Below, piece by piece: positions 42,556 through 57,847 of a stretch of DNA of 64,000 nucleotides. The notes beneath the pieces are model-generated. The model was not told the DNA's origin. It searched no databases and saw only the letters and a program-made list of their open reading frames with translations. The translations under genes and the position numbers were made by a program. This DNA is from Octopus vulgaris (Eukaryota). How positions within the stretch are numbered: the stretch's first letter is position 1; each line of letters starts with the position of its first letter. The stretch lies in the NCBI GenBank assembly GCA_951406725.2, contig OX597822.1, positions 19,964,001 through 20,028,000 of the forward strand, in the 5' to 3' direction.

Positions 42556-44005
42556 ATTTTCATTATTCTTATTTACTTTGATATTAATTTAACATTGACT
42601 TGTGCATTGTTTTCTATGCAGATAAAGTCTTCGAATTATGAATGATAAAATTGACTGGATATGAATTCGTATTTTAATTAAATATTATAAACTTTGCTGT
42701 CTGTCGATGCTATTGTCTTTACTGGCTTCAAACAACGGAAGATCTGTTTTAATCAAAGAATCTTGATCCAGTTATGACCAGTGACATCCCAGATCCGTCT
42801 TGCCTTAATAACATTAATAGTTCTTGGATAAAACAATGTACCGGGGCCTCACATACAGAACCACAACTTACATAGATTAGTATTGGGTATCTAGATCCGT
42901 AGGTCACCGGATAACAATTCGGTGTGCTAATAACTTAAGATGGTAGCTCCTGAATTGATATAGAAACTGAACTCGCTTCAAACTTATAAAAGGAAACCAG
43001 AAAATTTGTTAAAAATAACCATGTACGAGTGATGGCATTTTGTAACAAGGCAGTAGTGGCATCATAACAGTGAGATCTGATTTTGGAAGAAGTATATGTG
43101 GTTTTGTGAAAGATAGGAATTTTTAAAGATCAGATGAGATTTAATAAGTGGCAGTTTGTATCAATTCGTTTTAATGAAATCTATATAATTTATCGATTCT
43201 CAGAGCTTTACGGTAATCTTATTTCCACGTGAATAAAGAATTAACTTCAATATGTTGAGCATGTCCGAATGTTAGGTGATATCAAGAATGTTTCTATGGC
43301 ATTACTAAATCGTTTGTCGCAATGACAAATAATTACTAGCAGGAAGATGGCTTCATTTGATTTAAGGGAAATTTATTGTCAGAAATTTTCCAGTTACACC
43401 TAGAGATTGTCTTTGAGACGTGCAAGAGGAATCATTGTAAATTAATGAAGAGAATGAAACTTAAGCTGCATTTACCCATAATGACGAAAACCTTCCATCG
43501 TACTGTTCATGAGATGTAGTTTTGATTTGGTATTGGAGTGGGGCGAAAAGGAGATCATGATTCACAGATTACCGCAAATCACTACTTTGATCCTTTTAAC
43601 TCAGCCGGATTTTAGTAACAGAAGGTGGGCTTCTTGGAATCTTGTGTTCGCTGTGGTGTCACAAACAAGGGGAGAAAAGGATACGGGATTCTGCGTCAGT
43701 TGATAAGACAGGCCGCTGAAGCATTACTCATTGAAACATTAATCATAATAATTTTACCCCCGGTAAAACTATTCGGTAACTGATAAATACTACACTATAA
43801 TTCTTAACTCCAACAATTTTACGATGATAGAAATAACAATTATCGTATCTTACAACAACTTCAATCTTCCTCTCGTCAAAATAATAATTAATCATTATAC
43901 CAACTAATATGGTGACGATTAGTTATTTGCTCCTTCATTCTTCAAACTCTGGGGGAAGTTCCTGTTTCGCTTTTACCATGTCTTGGTTAAAAGCTGTAAG
44001 TAATA

Positions 44006-44146
44006 TTAGGTTGTCCCAAAAGTTCGTAAACACTTGCGAAAATTGAACTTTTACTCGCCAAGTACTAACAAAAACAACAAAAATTATTCCTCAAAATAAA
44101 GACCATTATTTTCCAAGACTTTCTACGAACTTTTGGGACAACCTTA
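44006..44146. mobile_element. Tc1/mariner-type MITE
   Basis: TIR AGGTTGTCCCAAAAGTTCGTA / TACGAACTTTTGGGACAACCT with TA on both flanks. Confidence 0.85.
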
Positions 44147-44303
44147 TATGATTCTAAATGAATGACTCTATAATTATAAGTTTATGACAATACTATCGAT
44201 GAAACACTCATAAAACACACATTCTTCTTCTACTGTTTACTTTCAATGATTCAGTCTACCTACCTCTCTGCTATGTATGTATATACGTACACACACGTAC
44301 ACG

Positions 44304-44338
<35 letters not shown>

Positions 44339-45001
44339 CATATATATTTAACATACGCACACGCACACGCACACCCGTATATATAGACACGTGTAAGCGC
44401 ATAAGTGAAAAACACAATGGAGAACATAGTACTTGAATACCAAAGGTAGAGTAAAATATAGTGTTTTGTTGAAGCTGAAGCAAAAGAATGGTTTTGAATG
44501 TTGTGATTACAATAAGTTGGCAAATACTGAAATAAAGATGTCAAGCTGATTCGACAGGGGTTGTCACACTTAGACGTCAACGGAATTTGCTGGATAATTC
44601 GATTAGCCGTTAACGAAAATAATATAACATTAATAACAAGTGAAATAAGGTCGAATAAAGCGAAGCATTAAGCATTGAGGAAGGGAAATATTTATCGTTG
44701 CCAAGAAAAAATGTCAGGCAAGAACTATTTTAGAATTTAAGAAACATAGACAAAGTAAGTGGACAATAAAATTAAAAACCAAAACAAAGGCAAAACAAGT
44801 TAATAAATAAATTGGTTAAGGTTAAAGGTGGTGAAAGAAGGTTTATGTAAGAGAAGGCGATGCAAAGAAATAAGGAAAAAGAGAGAGATTTGTTGAGGAA
44901 AATATCAAGCTTTGAAAAATATGTGTACACAGCATTGATAAATCGCGAATTACAACTTCAATTTGAAAAGGGCCATAGATACCAAGTTATACATACATAC
45001 A

Positions 45002-45033
<32 letters not shown>

Positions 45034-45219
45034 CACACACACATACATACATACATACATACATACATACATACACACATACATACATACATACATACAT
45101 ACATACATACATACATACATACATACATACATACATACATACGCACACACACATACATACATACATACATACATACATACATACATACATACATACATAC
45201 ATACATACATACATACGTA

Positions 45220-45253
<34 letters not shown>

Positions 45254-45264
45254 CGTGTTATCTT

Positions 45265-45663
45265 TCATCTTTTAAAATGCTTCAGTCATTAGATTGCGGC
45301 CATGCTGGGGTATCGCTTCGAAGAATTTTCAGTCGAATGAATCGACACCAGTACTTATTTTCTTTATAAGCTTAGTACTCATTCTATCGGCCTCTTATGC
45401 CGAACCATTAAGTTAAAGGAGCGTAAACACACAGGCACCGGTTGTCAAGTGGTGGTGAGGACATAGACTCAAAGACACACACACACACATTCATACACAT
45501 ATATATAGGACGGGCTTCTTTCAGTTTCCGTCTACCAGATTCACTCTCAACTCTTTGGTTGGCCCGAAGTTATAAGAGGAGATACTTGCCCAAAGTGATA
45601 CACAGTGGGACTGAACCCAAAACCGTGTGGTTTGGAAGCAAGATTTTTACTGCACAGCCATGT
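45265..45663 (-). mobile_element. tRNA-derived SINE, family A (diverged)
   Basis: Reverse-complement homology to family A. Confidence 0.8.
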
Positions 45664-46052
45664 CTGATAAGGCTCCATGCGACTTAAAGTTTCGCTGGCT
45701 TCTAACTGAAAGCTGGCTCGTTCAGGTTCAAATTTTCGAATGGAGAAATACAGGGAGTCTAAAATGGCTACTGAAAGAACAAAGCGGCTCCTGCAAAATA
45801 GCCAGCTATTGGTTAAGGCGGGTCACATGGTGTTGTTAGAAGTAAGATAGGCGTTTAGCGACACCAAATACATTAGAGTGGAGAATTTCTTGGGCCGTAT
45901 GACTAGATAGGAAGCTGCTGGCGACATGGGGCCTGACGGGTCTTAGAGACATGAAAGCTGGCAGAAGCAAGGTCGGCGAGAGTGTATGTGTATACCAGAT
46001 GTGTGAATGCGTTGATGTGGGCGTGTTATCAGTTATTGGATGTGTGTGTGTG

Positions 46053-46084
<32 letters not shown>

Positions 46085-46359
46085 TGTATGTATGTATGTA
46101 TGTATGTATGTATGTATGTATGTATGTATGTGTATGTGTGTGGGTGCGCGTTCGAATACGTGTGCGTTAGTGCCCGTTGTATACGCATGTGTTTGCGAAT
46201 GCGTTTAGGATGCATGTACGGGTGTGTGTGCGTATGTACATTCTCGCATTTGTGTGTGTGTGTGTAAATGCATGAGTGCGTGTGTGTTTGTCTAGAAGAA
46301 AATATGTGTGTGAGTTTTTATTTGGTGTGTGTGTGTATGGGACATATATGTATGCTTTT

Positions 46360-46426
<67 letters not shown>

Positions 46427-47428
46427 GTGCGGGTGTAAGAGATGTATGCTAGTGCAGTTGCAACAGCGTTGGTGCTGGGTGTTGGGCGGAACAGATGTTG
46501 GAGTGAGGTTTTGTGGCTTGGGGGATGTAAGAGAGAAGATATATACGCACATAGGTGTGTCTAGGTGTCTCTGTATGTGTGTATGCGTGTATGCGTGTAT
46601 AGTTGTGCGTGTATACAGACGTGTATGTATGTGTGTTTGCGCGCACCACGATTACGGAGGCAAATTTAGGTATTACAGGGGATGCATAAGGTTGTGGGGT
46701 TGGTCTGCAATCTGAGTAGGCATTCATAGTCAGGAATCCTGTTCTTGGTCGTGGGGCAGCCAGTGTTGACGAGCATCCAACGAACGGTTCTTTTTGCCGC
46801 CACCAGAGGCACGTCCTCCTGGTGGACTTCAAACCACTGGCTGCCGATATGCCGCGAGAGAAGGATAATACGATCGTGTATGTGAACAGGGTGTCATGAG
46901 AGCAGAAGCAAAACGAACGCACAAACACAAAATGTGGTTAAGGTTAACGGACAAAACAAACTTTAAAATAGTGGGAAAGCACACGAAAAATGCATAGAAA
47001 CTAAGAGACCTATACTCAAAGACATTACAATCGTGTTCCTTCTATCATTTTAGGAATAAGTCGGCAATTATTTTATCCATTGTAACCTTTCTTTGTGTTA
47101 TACATTAAAGTGTACTTGTAGGGTTATTTGGTTTCTGTTTCTGGCTTGCCAAATGACCATGTGAAGGCCTCCTTATTGGTTCATTGTTCGCTTTGTTAAT
47201 GAATTTTGTATTTGCTCACATAAGCAACCTCGTTCTATGATCCTTGCCAGTTTCTCTTGCTCATAGTCTTCAGGGCAAATCAATTCTGTCCTTAGGTCTT
47301 TTAACAGTGAAATACACCGGGATTGTCTCTCATTAGTAATTCGACTATCTTACATTTCATACATTTTGTTACAAAGATTTATCATCATCATCATTGTCGT
47401 CGTCATCATCATCATTATTATTATTATT

Positions 47429-47955
47429 GAGTGAGAGAGCAGTGCATGCCATCAAAGTGACACTGGGGTAAAATATACGAAGCCCAATATACCCATCATG
47501 ACTACCCGTCTGATAAAAGTACACCAGGCACATGCATCACAACCATATGTGCGCGACATGGTGATCTCATATCAAGATAAACAGCACATGACCTTGCAGG
47601 TGGGGCCCAGTTAGAATTTTCTTCAGGTTGAGTAGCCCATCCCGCTCAAAAGGTCCCTGAATAAGGGTTGTTTAAGGATGTTGAAAGAACCACCCATGTT
47701 TCCAGAGGTGAATTATTCAAACCCCAAAGAATCCCTCTCAACACATGGCTATGATGCTCCCCCACTACTTCTGCTCGTGACCAGAGATGCACATATCGTC
47801 AGCCACTAAGGGACATGCTCAACTGGTTAAGGTCAAACAACTGACAAGCAAATCTGTGGTATTGAGCAGAATATTTGCTGTAGCCCATCTTTTATACCAA
47901 GACAAAACAATGTACATGATAACACTTCCAATGAGAGCCACTGCCTGGTACTGCA

Positions 47956-47956
<1 letters not shown>
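47429..47956. mobile_element. About 530-bp non-coding element embedded in an (ATT)n microsatellite
   Basis: Complex sequence with sharp boundaries and (ATT)n on both sides. Confidence 0.6.
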
Positions 47957-47988
<32 letters not shown>

Positions 47989-48029
47989 CATTATTATCAT
48001 TATTATTATTATTATTATTATCATTATTA

Positions 48030-48102
<73 letters not shown>

Positions 48103-48116
48103 CATTATTATTATTA

Positions 48117-48905
48117 GGTTACCAGGTAGAATCGTTAGCACGCCGGACAGAATATTTAGCGGCATTTAGTCCATCTTTATGCACTGAGTTCAAATTCCGC
48201 CGAGGTCGACTTTGCTTTTCATCTTTGAGCTCGATGGAAAAAGTACCTGTTGAGCACTGGGGTCGATGTAAACGACTAACTTCCTCCTCCAGAATTTCAG
48301 GCTTTGTGCCTATAATAGAAAGAATTATTATTATTACGCGGTGACCAGGTAGAATTAGCACGCCGTACAAAATGCTTCAAGACATTTCGTCTGTCTTTCT
48401 GCCTGAGTTCAAATTCCACCGAGGATTACTCTGTCTTTCATCCCTTCGGGTTTGGCAAAAATAAGTACCATTTGAGCACTGAGGTCGATGTGCACTAGTT
48501 CTTCCTACAAAAATATCAGTAGAAAGATAAAAAAGATTATTCTGGTTGTTGTTGTTAAGGTGGCGAGCTGTTAGAGTGTTTAGCTCACCAGACAAAATGC
48601 ACTGAGATATACTTCTTCAAGTGCTTTACGCTCTGAGTTCAAATCCTGCCAAGTTTAACTGGTTTTTTTTTTTCGGATTCGATGAAATAAAGTATCAGTC
48701 AGGTACTAGGATCGATAAAACCCTCCCCTCTTGTGTCAAAATCTGAAATTAAAAGCGGCGTGCTGGAAGAATCGTTAGCACATCGGACAAAATGCTTAGT
48801 GGCATTTTTCCCCTTGAGGTAGAGTTTGCATTTCATGTTTTGGGAGCTGATAAAATAAATACCAGCAGAGCATTGTTTTCTACTTACACGTTCCTTCAAA
48901 ATTGC
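48117..48905 (+). mobile_element. Four head-to-tail diverged tRNA-derived SINEs, family B
   Basis: Units start near 48117, 48340, 48558 and 48755 with GG..AG.TGG.AGAATCGTTAGCAC.CCGGACAAAATGCTTAG, mostly followed by CTGAGTTCAAAT; further copies at about 50290-50570 and 50608-50745. Confidence 0.8.
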
Positions 48906-49425
48906 TAGTTTACTTTCTTAGTTTACCTGAGACCACATTTCACGAATATTAATATTACATCCTCGACAGAAAATGCTTTCCTGATTTCTCGCCATTCAAC
49001 GCTCCACGTCTTACCTTTATGCATCATTGTAGTTCTTACATATGCTTCGTACATTCTTCGTTTACATAAAGAAACACTTTGTTAGCTTTTTGAACGTCTT
49101 CCTCCCTCTCTATACTCTACAACTATTCTTTCACTATAGCCACAACTTCCTGTACTAATTAGATTACAGAAGCAACAGAAAATATTAACTACATTCAGTG
49201 TACTGACTGATCTGTTTATGGAATTCATTTCGTAACAGCTTCTTCAGTTAATTAATCTTGTACATCATTCACATCTGACGTCATGATTGTCAGTTACCAC
49301 GCCAGAGATCCTACCGCTTCTTTTGTGTACACATTACTTTTCTGAATGGGCACTATCCACATCCTACCTATTTCCTTTCTAAATGCCAAGCCAAGTCATA
49401 TCTAATAAAATACTATTTGTACTCT

Positions 49426-49480
<55 letters not shown>

Positions 49481-50867
49481 TCGTCTTCTAACCTCTCACT
49501 CTCTCACTCGCATTAATCCTACGCGACATTGACTCTCGTCTATGCAATGTTGATTTTGAACTCTAGGCCTAATGTTGTTTTCATTGTAAGGATGTGGAAT
49601 GAAAGGACACTAGAGAGTGAGATTAACTTCAACTGGGTTCGATGTCCTTTTATATCCTTTTATATAATATTTCTTGATGCTAGTTTAGTTCGCAGATAAA
49701 TGATGGGATCAAAAGCTATTCAACTGTGGTGATAGTAAGTTATGATTCCAGGTAGATTTGACAGTTATTTCTAGCATGTCAGGCAAGCACATAAGGGTCC
49801 ATTAGATCATAATGGTTGGATGCTGTTGTTTTTTTTTAGCTCCAGATCCGTTTTGAGTGAGCAAATCTATGATCAAACCTATTTCAGTGGACACCATCCC
49901 ATCTTTTTTCTTTATACATTAGGACTACGTCTGGTAATGTGTTCTTCAGTTTTAAAGAATGTAGAGTGTAGCTTGAGAGAGTTTGGCTGATATTTTGACT
50001 AAGTCGTGCATCAATGTGGTTATTCTTTTGAAGTGATTTGTGCAGTCAACTGGCTCAAAACATCGAACGCTTGTAAAGATGTAACGAATAATTTTTTGAT
50101 TGATCATACTGAGTGTGACAAAAAATAATCCCCTTATTCATCTTTCTTGATAAACGTTCCTATAGCAAATGCACAATGTGCATCAGTTCAAAACATGATG
50201 GTGACTAAAAAAAGTGATAAAACATTAGCTACATGAAGACATCCTTTTCACCTGCCTAGAGTCGCATCGTGGCATAAAATATCGGACATTCTTTTGTCCT
50301 TTTACCTGACAGCGCTATTTTCTCTTGGCTCTTTACGTTCTGAGTTCAAATCACGTTGACGTAAAACATATATAATTATTTGTGGATTAACCAGGCTACC
50401 ATTGGTTTCATGCTGAAAGAGGAGTATTTCTTATCAATTATCAAGCCAATTGCATGAGACGTTGGTGATTCATACTTTTGAGGTCGATAAAATAAAATAA
50501 TAGTCATGAACTGGGATCGATATAATCGACTAATTCCCTACTGCTCTTGTTCCAAAATTTGAAAGTATTAGGTTGCATAATACTGGCAATGTTGTATGTC
50601 GGCAAAAAGGCGAGCTAGCAGAATCGTTAGAACTTTGGAAACATTGTGGTATTACTTCTGGGTCTTTACATACTGAGTTCAAATACCACAGAAGTTTACT
50701 TTTCCTTTCATCTTTTCGGGATCGATAAATAAGCACTAGTCAAGAATTGGGGGTAAATTCCAAAATGGAGACAACATCAACAGCCCATGCAATAAGCTTG
50801 ATAATTTTTAAGAGATATATCTCTCTTAGCATGAAACCAGTTGCAGCCTGGTTAACCCACAAATAAA

Positions 50868-50929
<62 letters not shown>

Positions 50930-50949
50930 ATATGTATACATGTACATTA

Positions 50950-51023
<74 letters not shown>

Positions 51024-51026
<3 letters not shown>

Positions 51027-51183
51027 TTCATTTCAGTTCTTAGAACTCTTGATTTCACTTGCTCTGGCTAATTCTGTAAGAGCGGACCTGTTGCCAAGTA
51101 TCTTATAGGGTCTCTTCCAACGATACTTAACGTTCAAATACCAAACTTAAAATCATGCTGGGCGCAACAGAGCAGTTTTCTGA
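51024..51183 (-). mobile_element. 3' end of an R4/Dong-like non-LTR element running into (TAA)n
   Basis: Minus strand starts QKTALL (RLE C-terminal QKxxLLGT-like), short 3'UTR, then (TAA)n at 50946-51023. Confidence 0.5.
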
Positions 51184-52376
51184 CCATCATCATCATCATC
51201 ATCATCGTCATCATCATTTGATGTGTATTTATATGCCATATAGAGACCGCTCTATTATAACTATTTCAATATCAGTCTTCAGTTAACTTTATTAATGTTT
51301 TCCCTACTCTGTGTTCGTGCGTGTGTGTGTGTGTGACTGTTATTCTTCCATGTGTATGTGGACGTGTTTACATCATGATTTTCGTTATATTTCAATGTAA
51401 TTTCTTCTCAATCATGTTTTCTCTTTTTTCGCTATTCCTCTCTTTCTGTTTCCTTCTCTGAATGAATCTCTCCTTATCTGCAATAGTTTCATCTTTCACT
51501 CTTTCTCTCTTTAGGTTAATCTGCTTTTCTTTATGTGTATCATTTTGATCTTTTCCCCACCCTCTCTAAATGTGCATGCTCTCAACGTGTGCATGCATGT
51601 GCATACCTGTTTTCGGCGCCAAAATATTCGTCGCCAAATTGCCAATGTCCAAACGGTTGTTCCCAATCGTCCATTCCAATATCTAACTGTACATTGCTAG
51701 ATTACTGAAGAAATTCTTCTGATTTTTTTTCACTTTATGAAGCGGTTTACGGCAGTCGCATAATCTACAACAACAACATTAAAAGGGAATATTTCAGTGT
51801 CATTCTACTCTGATTTCAATGGCAAATAATGATCAGAAGTTATTTACTCTTACAACATAATGTCTTACAAATATATAATTACCAGGATACATAAACATTT
51901 TCGCCTCTCTCTCTCTCTCTCTCTCACTCTCTGTATACTGTATACTCTATATTGTTAACCATTGTGGTTCCCTTGCTCTCCCAGTTTACCTATCCAGTGT
52001 TTAGCAGGATATATATTTTTGCTGTATGCTCAATATATATTCCAAGGTTCGGCTTCTACGTTTCAGAATCGCCCGAAGATCGGCAACGAGAAACTTGGAA
52101 TTAAATTTCATCAAATTATATTACTCTACTCTCAGATTTGAGTACACTGTTTTCATTTACACACAACCAACCCCAATATAGAGTTTAAAAACATGTATGC
52201 ATATGTACACTCATATATATACATACACATACATATATATAGACACATACACGTAATATACAAACAGATGAATATATATCTATATCACAATATGCACAAG
52301 TCTGTATGTATATGTATATACATGTGTGTATATTTGTATGTATGTATATATACATACACACACACACACATATATA

Positions 52377-52412
<36 letters not shown>

Positions 52413-53328
52413 TGTATGTATGTATGTATGTATGTATGTATATATATATATATATATATATGCATATATATATAGCTACAAACATGCACACATGTGCAAG
52501 CACAGTCACATATATACACACATACAGGTACACAAAAATACATATACTTAGAAACACACACACATATATACATATATGCATTAAAATCCTATAAAACCCT
52601 TGCCTTAGGGTCAAAACAGAAGCACCTTAATCACATATGAGATGTAGAAAAGTTTATTAATAAAATCTCACAGCTCCATAGAAAGAGCATTCCTAATATT
52701 AACCGTTAGCAATAATCTTGTTTTCATATCAATGGTATCTGCAATTCTTGTTTTGTCACAAGCCAAGTGAAATAAATTGCACAATACGAAGTAATTGAAA
52801 TTTCTGCTTCTCAAGTTTACTGGAAATTTAGCTAATCAATATGTCTCATAGTGTGGGCCTACAGTAAAAGAAAGAAAGAACAAGAAGAATGTGATTTATT
52901 GCGTGAGTTAAAGGAGAAGTTGAAAAACGGAATGAGTTCAAGTTAAACGAGAAAGCAATTGACTCTAGACATTTCATAGTGTATGCAGCAGTGATTAGCA
53001 CACTGATATGGACATATGATGGCAATAAATGAGGATTTAGTACGGGGCTGACTAATCAAATATTTGAGATCAATCGTAGATCCAGCATATATTTTGTGTA
53101 TTAATCTGGAACGACATGGCTGTGACACAGTACTGTTGTTAAGTGGATTGAGTTTTGTTATTGTAGTTTGACACAACAACGCCATATCAAGGCCTTGTTG
53201 TCGAGTGAGGTACAGTATAAAATTTGACCCCGTTGCTAACATGTGACTGGCCAGATTGTCTTTGCATTAGTCATTTTTATAACTTTAACATCTCTTTTAG
53301 TGTTGTAGCTAAGTTAGTGTTAACCTAT

Positions 53329-53537
53329 TTAACCCCCTACTTACCATATTTCTACTGAAATACATTGTATTTCCTTTAATTAATTTCGAAAATAATAAAG
53401 AATTTAGGATAATAATTTTGTCATTATAAAGCTAGTGTTTGAAACATAAATTAACGTGAAATTTTGTTGGAAAGTTTTGAAGGAAGTTTGTATCTCGAAA
53501 CCAGGGGCGGTCTCAAGCTGTTTGGTGTAAAAAGGGC
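53329..53537. mobile_element. Possible piggyBac-type MITE relic
   Basis: Starts TTAA-CCC; far end AAAAGGG is degenerate and lacks TTAA. Confidence 0.35.
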
Positions 53538-53609
53538 AGAGATAATTAAAAAGCTAACTAGAAATACGGTGACACTAACAATGTTCGTAGGTAAATCTGT
53601 TTTAACATA

Positions 53610-53965
53610 TTTAAATCTCCCGCAGGCGATAAAGTCCTAAACTGATGTACAAAGACACTTTGAAAAGTAACCTTAAAAGGAGCGGCATTAGACCACGTGA
53701 ACTCGAATCCTCTGCCTCAGACAGATCTGCATGGCGATCTCTCACTTCACGAGCAGTAGCTGCCTTCGAAGAGGACCGGTGACAGCTTCTCGATACTGCA
53801 AGAGAAAGACGTCATAGGACGGCATCCACCTCAATCTAGTCAACAGACTATTGCTGATATATATGGGTATTTGTAGGCTTCCAGCTTTGGACTACGGAGT
53901 CACATGCGCTCTCATTGTAGTGAACACAGCTTTGTCACTACCGGACACCGATGGACTACCTAACA
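53610..53965 (+). mobile_element. RTE-clade LINE 3' end
   Basis: KLMYKDTLKSNLKRSGI..ASDRSAWRSL..FEEDR*..RERRHR and terminal GLRSHMRSH. Confidence 0.75.
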
Positions 53966-54546
53966 TGTTTAATGCAAGGGCAATTAAAAAGTTAGTTAGA
54001 AATAATTAGGCGTTGATGCAAACAATATTAGTCAATCGCTAATATTGTTATAATTAATAATCGCCAAATGTAGACCTGTATTTGTCGTTCTGTGAACTCG
54101 TCAACAAATATGTATACCAAAATCCTATTTCGCTTGAATTAGGATTCGGTTATGCAGAGAGATAATGAAATTCGTGAAAGCAAATCCCGAGTTCAGTACT
54201 CAAATCATGTCAGCTTTAATCTAATCTGGATTCATATTATAAGATTGTTCATTCACAGAAAAGATATTAGTAATATAATAAATCAATGACACTTTGTAAT
54301 ATTGCCTAGGATGCAATACGTATTGAGTAAACAATCAAATTCAATATCCCTATTCAGAGGTAGTTTGATTACTGTTGAACTGTTTAAGTGGTTTAATACC
54401 TGGTTGAATCTTCCAGTAATAGGACTAGGACAGATGTGGAATATTGTCCCTATATATAACGGTCTACTATATGTTTTAGCAATCCGTCCTAAATTCGTAT
54501 AATGGGTTACTAGCATGTACATGCACATGTATTGGATTTTGTTGTA

Positions 54547-54609
<63 letters not shown>

Positions 54610-54811
54610 AATAGTACAGGTAGTGAGTTACTAGACTACACAGACACACACAAATACACACAGCCGCGCACGCACACACACACACAAACAAACAAACGAA
54701 CATGCAGATTTCCACATGTATGTCCAGTAAAAGAAGTCCTTTTGTATAATATAAATTCGATAGCCGACACCCGGAGAGGAGCTTTGAAAGCACACTATAA
54801 GGTTATTTTCC

Positions 54812-54925
<114 letters not shown>

Positions 54926-55611
54926 TACATTTAGTGGAATATTGGTATATACGTGTAAAGAACGTAGTGTAATTAAAAAAACAATAAAATAACTAAATGG
55001 ATGAGCAGGACCTCTACAAATCGTAAGGTCTTTACTAATTGTCTTACTTTCTTCCTTTCTTCTGGCCTGGTCCAATAAATGAATAAAACTCAAACTTGTG
55101 AAGTCACGTGATCGTTTTAATCATTCACTCTAAATATAGAGGATTCTTCTTCTGAACACATGAAGGAAAAAAGTGAGAGAAATCTTGCAAGACCAAGAAA
55201 TTTTATTTCCATCATATCGATCTCCGTCTAAGAAATGGTATAGACTTCAATTTCAACACCCGTAACTTATACAGGTACGGTACTCAGACCTGCTTCAATG
55301 ATAGCTAAACCTAACTACTTCCTGAATGTAACTCTGGCAACCATCCACTCTGCAGCAGATGTGTCAAATTCTATTTATTTTATATAATTTTACATAACTT
55401 GTATAATACAGCATTGAAGGATTCAAGCTTGCAATAAATCAGTCACTGGTTCACTATATTTTATGATGACGACAATGAGAAGCTTGTGTCTAACGCGATG
55501 CAAATCATCATCTTCACGGTAACATATTCGTACGACTTTCCTTTTATCATTGGCTTTCTTTGTCGCCTTGTTTGCATATCTTGAAAATATACACCGGTGA
55601 AAGACATACAG

Positions 55612-55669
<58 letters not shown>

Positions 55670-56042
55670 ACGCACACACACACACGCGCGCACAGACACG
55701 TGATCACTATCATAATTATTGTGGATTTTATGGTATGTTATTCTATGCTAGTATGGGTTGGATGAGACTATGTGACAGTATTCTGGTCCTGCATGTCCTT
55801 CCTGAAGTCAATCCTTGCTTTCAATTAAGGTTGTTTATTTCCCTGTCTTTTGCACGTGGAACCACCGATCTGAAAAGCATATCGTTTATGAGGGACATAA
55901 ACAGTAGCTCTAACACTCAGACGTCACTTCATCTGTGGTTGTAACACACGTGGTAGTGAAGCTGTAATACATATAGAGTAATAAGCTCTACATAAAGATG
56001 CAACACTTTGTAGTAACTCATATATGACGTGCTCATGGCGCT

Positions 56043-56095
<53 letters not shown>

Positions 56096-56440
56096 ATATA
56101 TACACACAAATACACACACATATATGCACACATATATAATTTTGATAACATAATGTAAAGAAAACAGAGAGTGTGAACACAGAAATCGATTTATTTATAT
56201 AATAGTCAATTTCCATTCGCCTACGTACGTTTCAGTTTCTCACATTCATTCATATTTTATGATTTAAATTGCATTATGAATTTAAAAGGTAAAAAATCTC
56301 TTCAGGACAAAATACATCCTAACGGATGGAGAGTTCATTACAGACTGAATAGCAGCATGTGTGAGTATGTGTGTGTGTGTATGTGTGTGTATGTGTGTGT
56401 GTTTGTGTGTGTGTATATGTGTGTGTGTGTGTGAGTCAGC

Positions 56441-56504
<64 letters not shown>

Positions 56505-56689
56505 ATATGGCTTGTTTATAAATATTATATGTAGTATATACATATAGAGACATTTAGTAGTGTCCAAAATATTCAAACTTAGACTCCGAAACTAATATAT
56601 CTAGTATATTTAATATGTTTGATGTATCCAATTTGTTTATCTGCATAATTGCCCCTCTCTCTATATATATATGTATGTATATCCATCCT

Positions 56690-57135
56690 TACAGCATTTT
56701 AGCAGCCCTGTATTCATGAGAGAGTTGTGATGGTAGAGTCCTCAGACACACAATCCATAGGTCGTATCAGAAGCACCCGTCATTGCAATTTCCTACAAGA
56801 TTCCTGAAACTATGGATATTATCCAACCTTTCTGTTCTTGGTCTACCTTTAGGTCTCCCGCCGCTTGGCACTGTTTGAAGAGTTCGTCTTACGTTTCTTT
56901 CAGAGCGAAATTGTTAATAGTACAATGTTCATAGTACAGGAACAGTGACTTCTCGATAAACAGAAGTAACAGCTCGAGATGGGGAGACTACCTGATCCAC
57001 AAGATCTGTCAAGTAATGTTACTCCAAAGATTCATTAAAGCGAACCCCATTCCTCCATTTCAGCAGCTTGTATTTGTAATCGCAGTCTTTCATACATTAC
57101 CCAAAATTCATGTCCATAGGTGAGGATAGGTAGGT
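56690..57135 (-). mobile_element. RTE-type LINE 3' fragment
   Basis: LPILTYGHEFWVM..LQIQAAEM and GRPKGRPRT on the minus strand. Confidence 0.7.
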
Positions 57136-57282
57136 GGGTACATACACACACATGCGCACACACACATACATATGTAAGTATGTATGTATGAATGGATGGA
57201 TGTATATATAAACACGCATATGTATATAGGTACGTATGTATATATGTATAATACACACTTATTCTCACCTATGTGCATGGAT

Positions 57283-57340
<58 letters not shown>

Positions 57341-57527
57341 GTAGTAATAAAATATGAAGATATGTAATTTCTTAACTCGACAGCTGTTTCAGGAAGCCCA
57401 GAGTTACGAAATAATAATATTAATCGTATCTAAAGATTAGATGTAGAAAACGTCATGGGTGTATAACCGGTAACAACTCACATGAAGATAATACAATAAG
57501 TCCAGTGTTCCTCATCAAAAGAAGATT

Positions 57528-57590
<63 letters not shown>

Positions 57591-57635
57591 TAGTATACAA
57601 ATATATGCATATATACATACATATATGTACATACC

Positions 57636-57687
<52 letters not shown>

Positions 57688-57811
57688 TATATGGGTACAG
57701 GACATCAAAAAATGTTGAACACAATGAGAAACAAAAACATAAAAACAAAAACATAGAAACGAACTTTTTTCGAACAACGAAAATAAACAGAGAAACGAGA
57801 CATTATATATA

Positions 57812-57847
<36 letters not shown>

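Noticed and set aside
42900-43720. Possible additional retroelement coding relic
   Set aside because: No motif I could identify with confidence in any frame.
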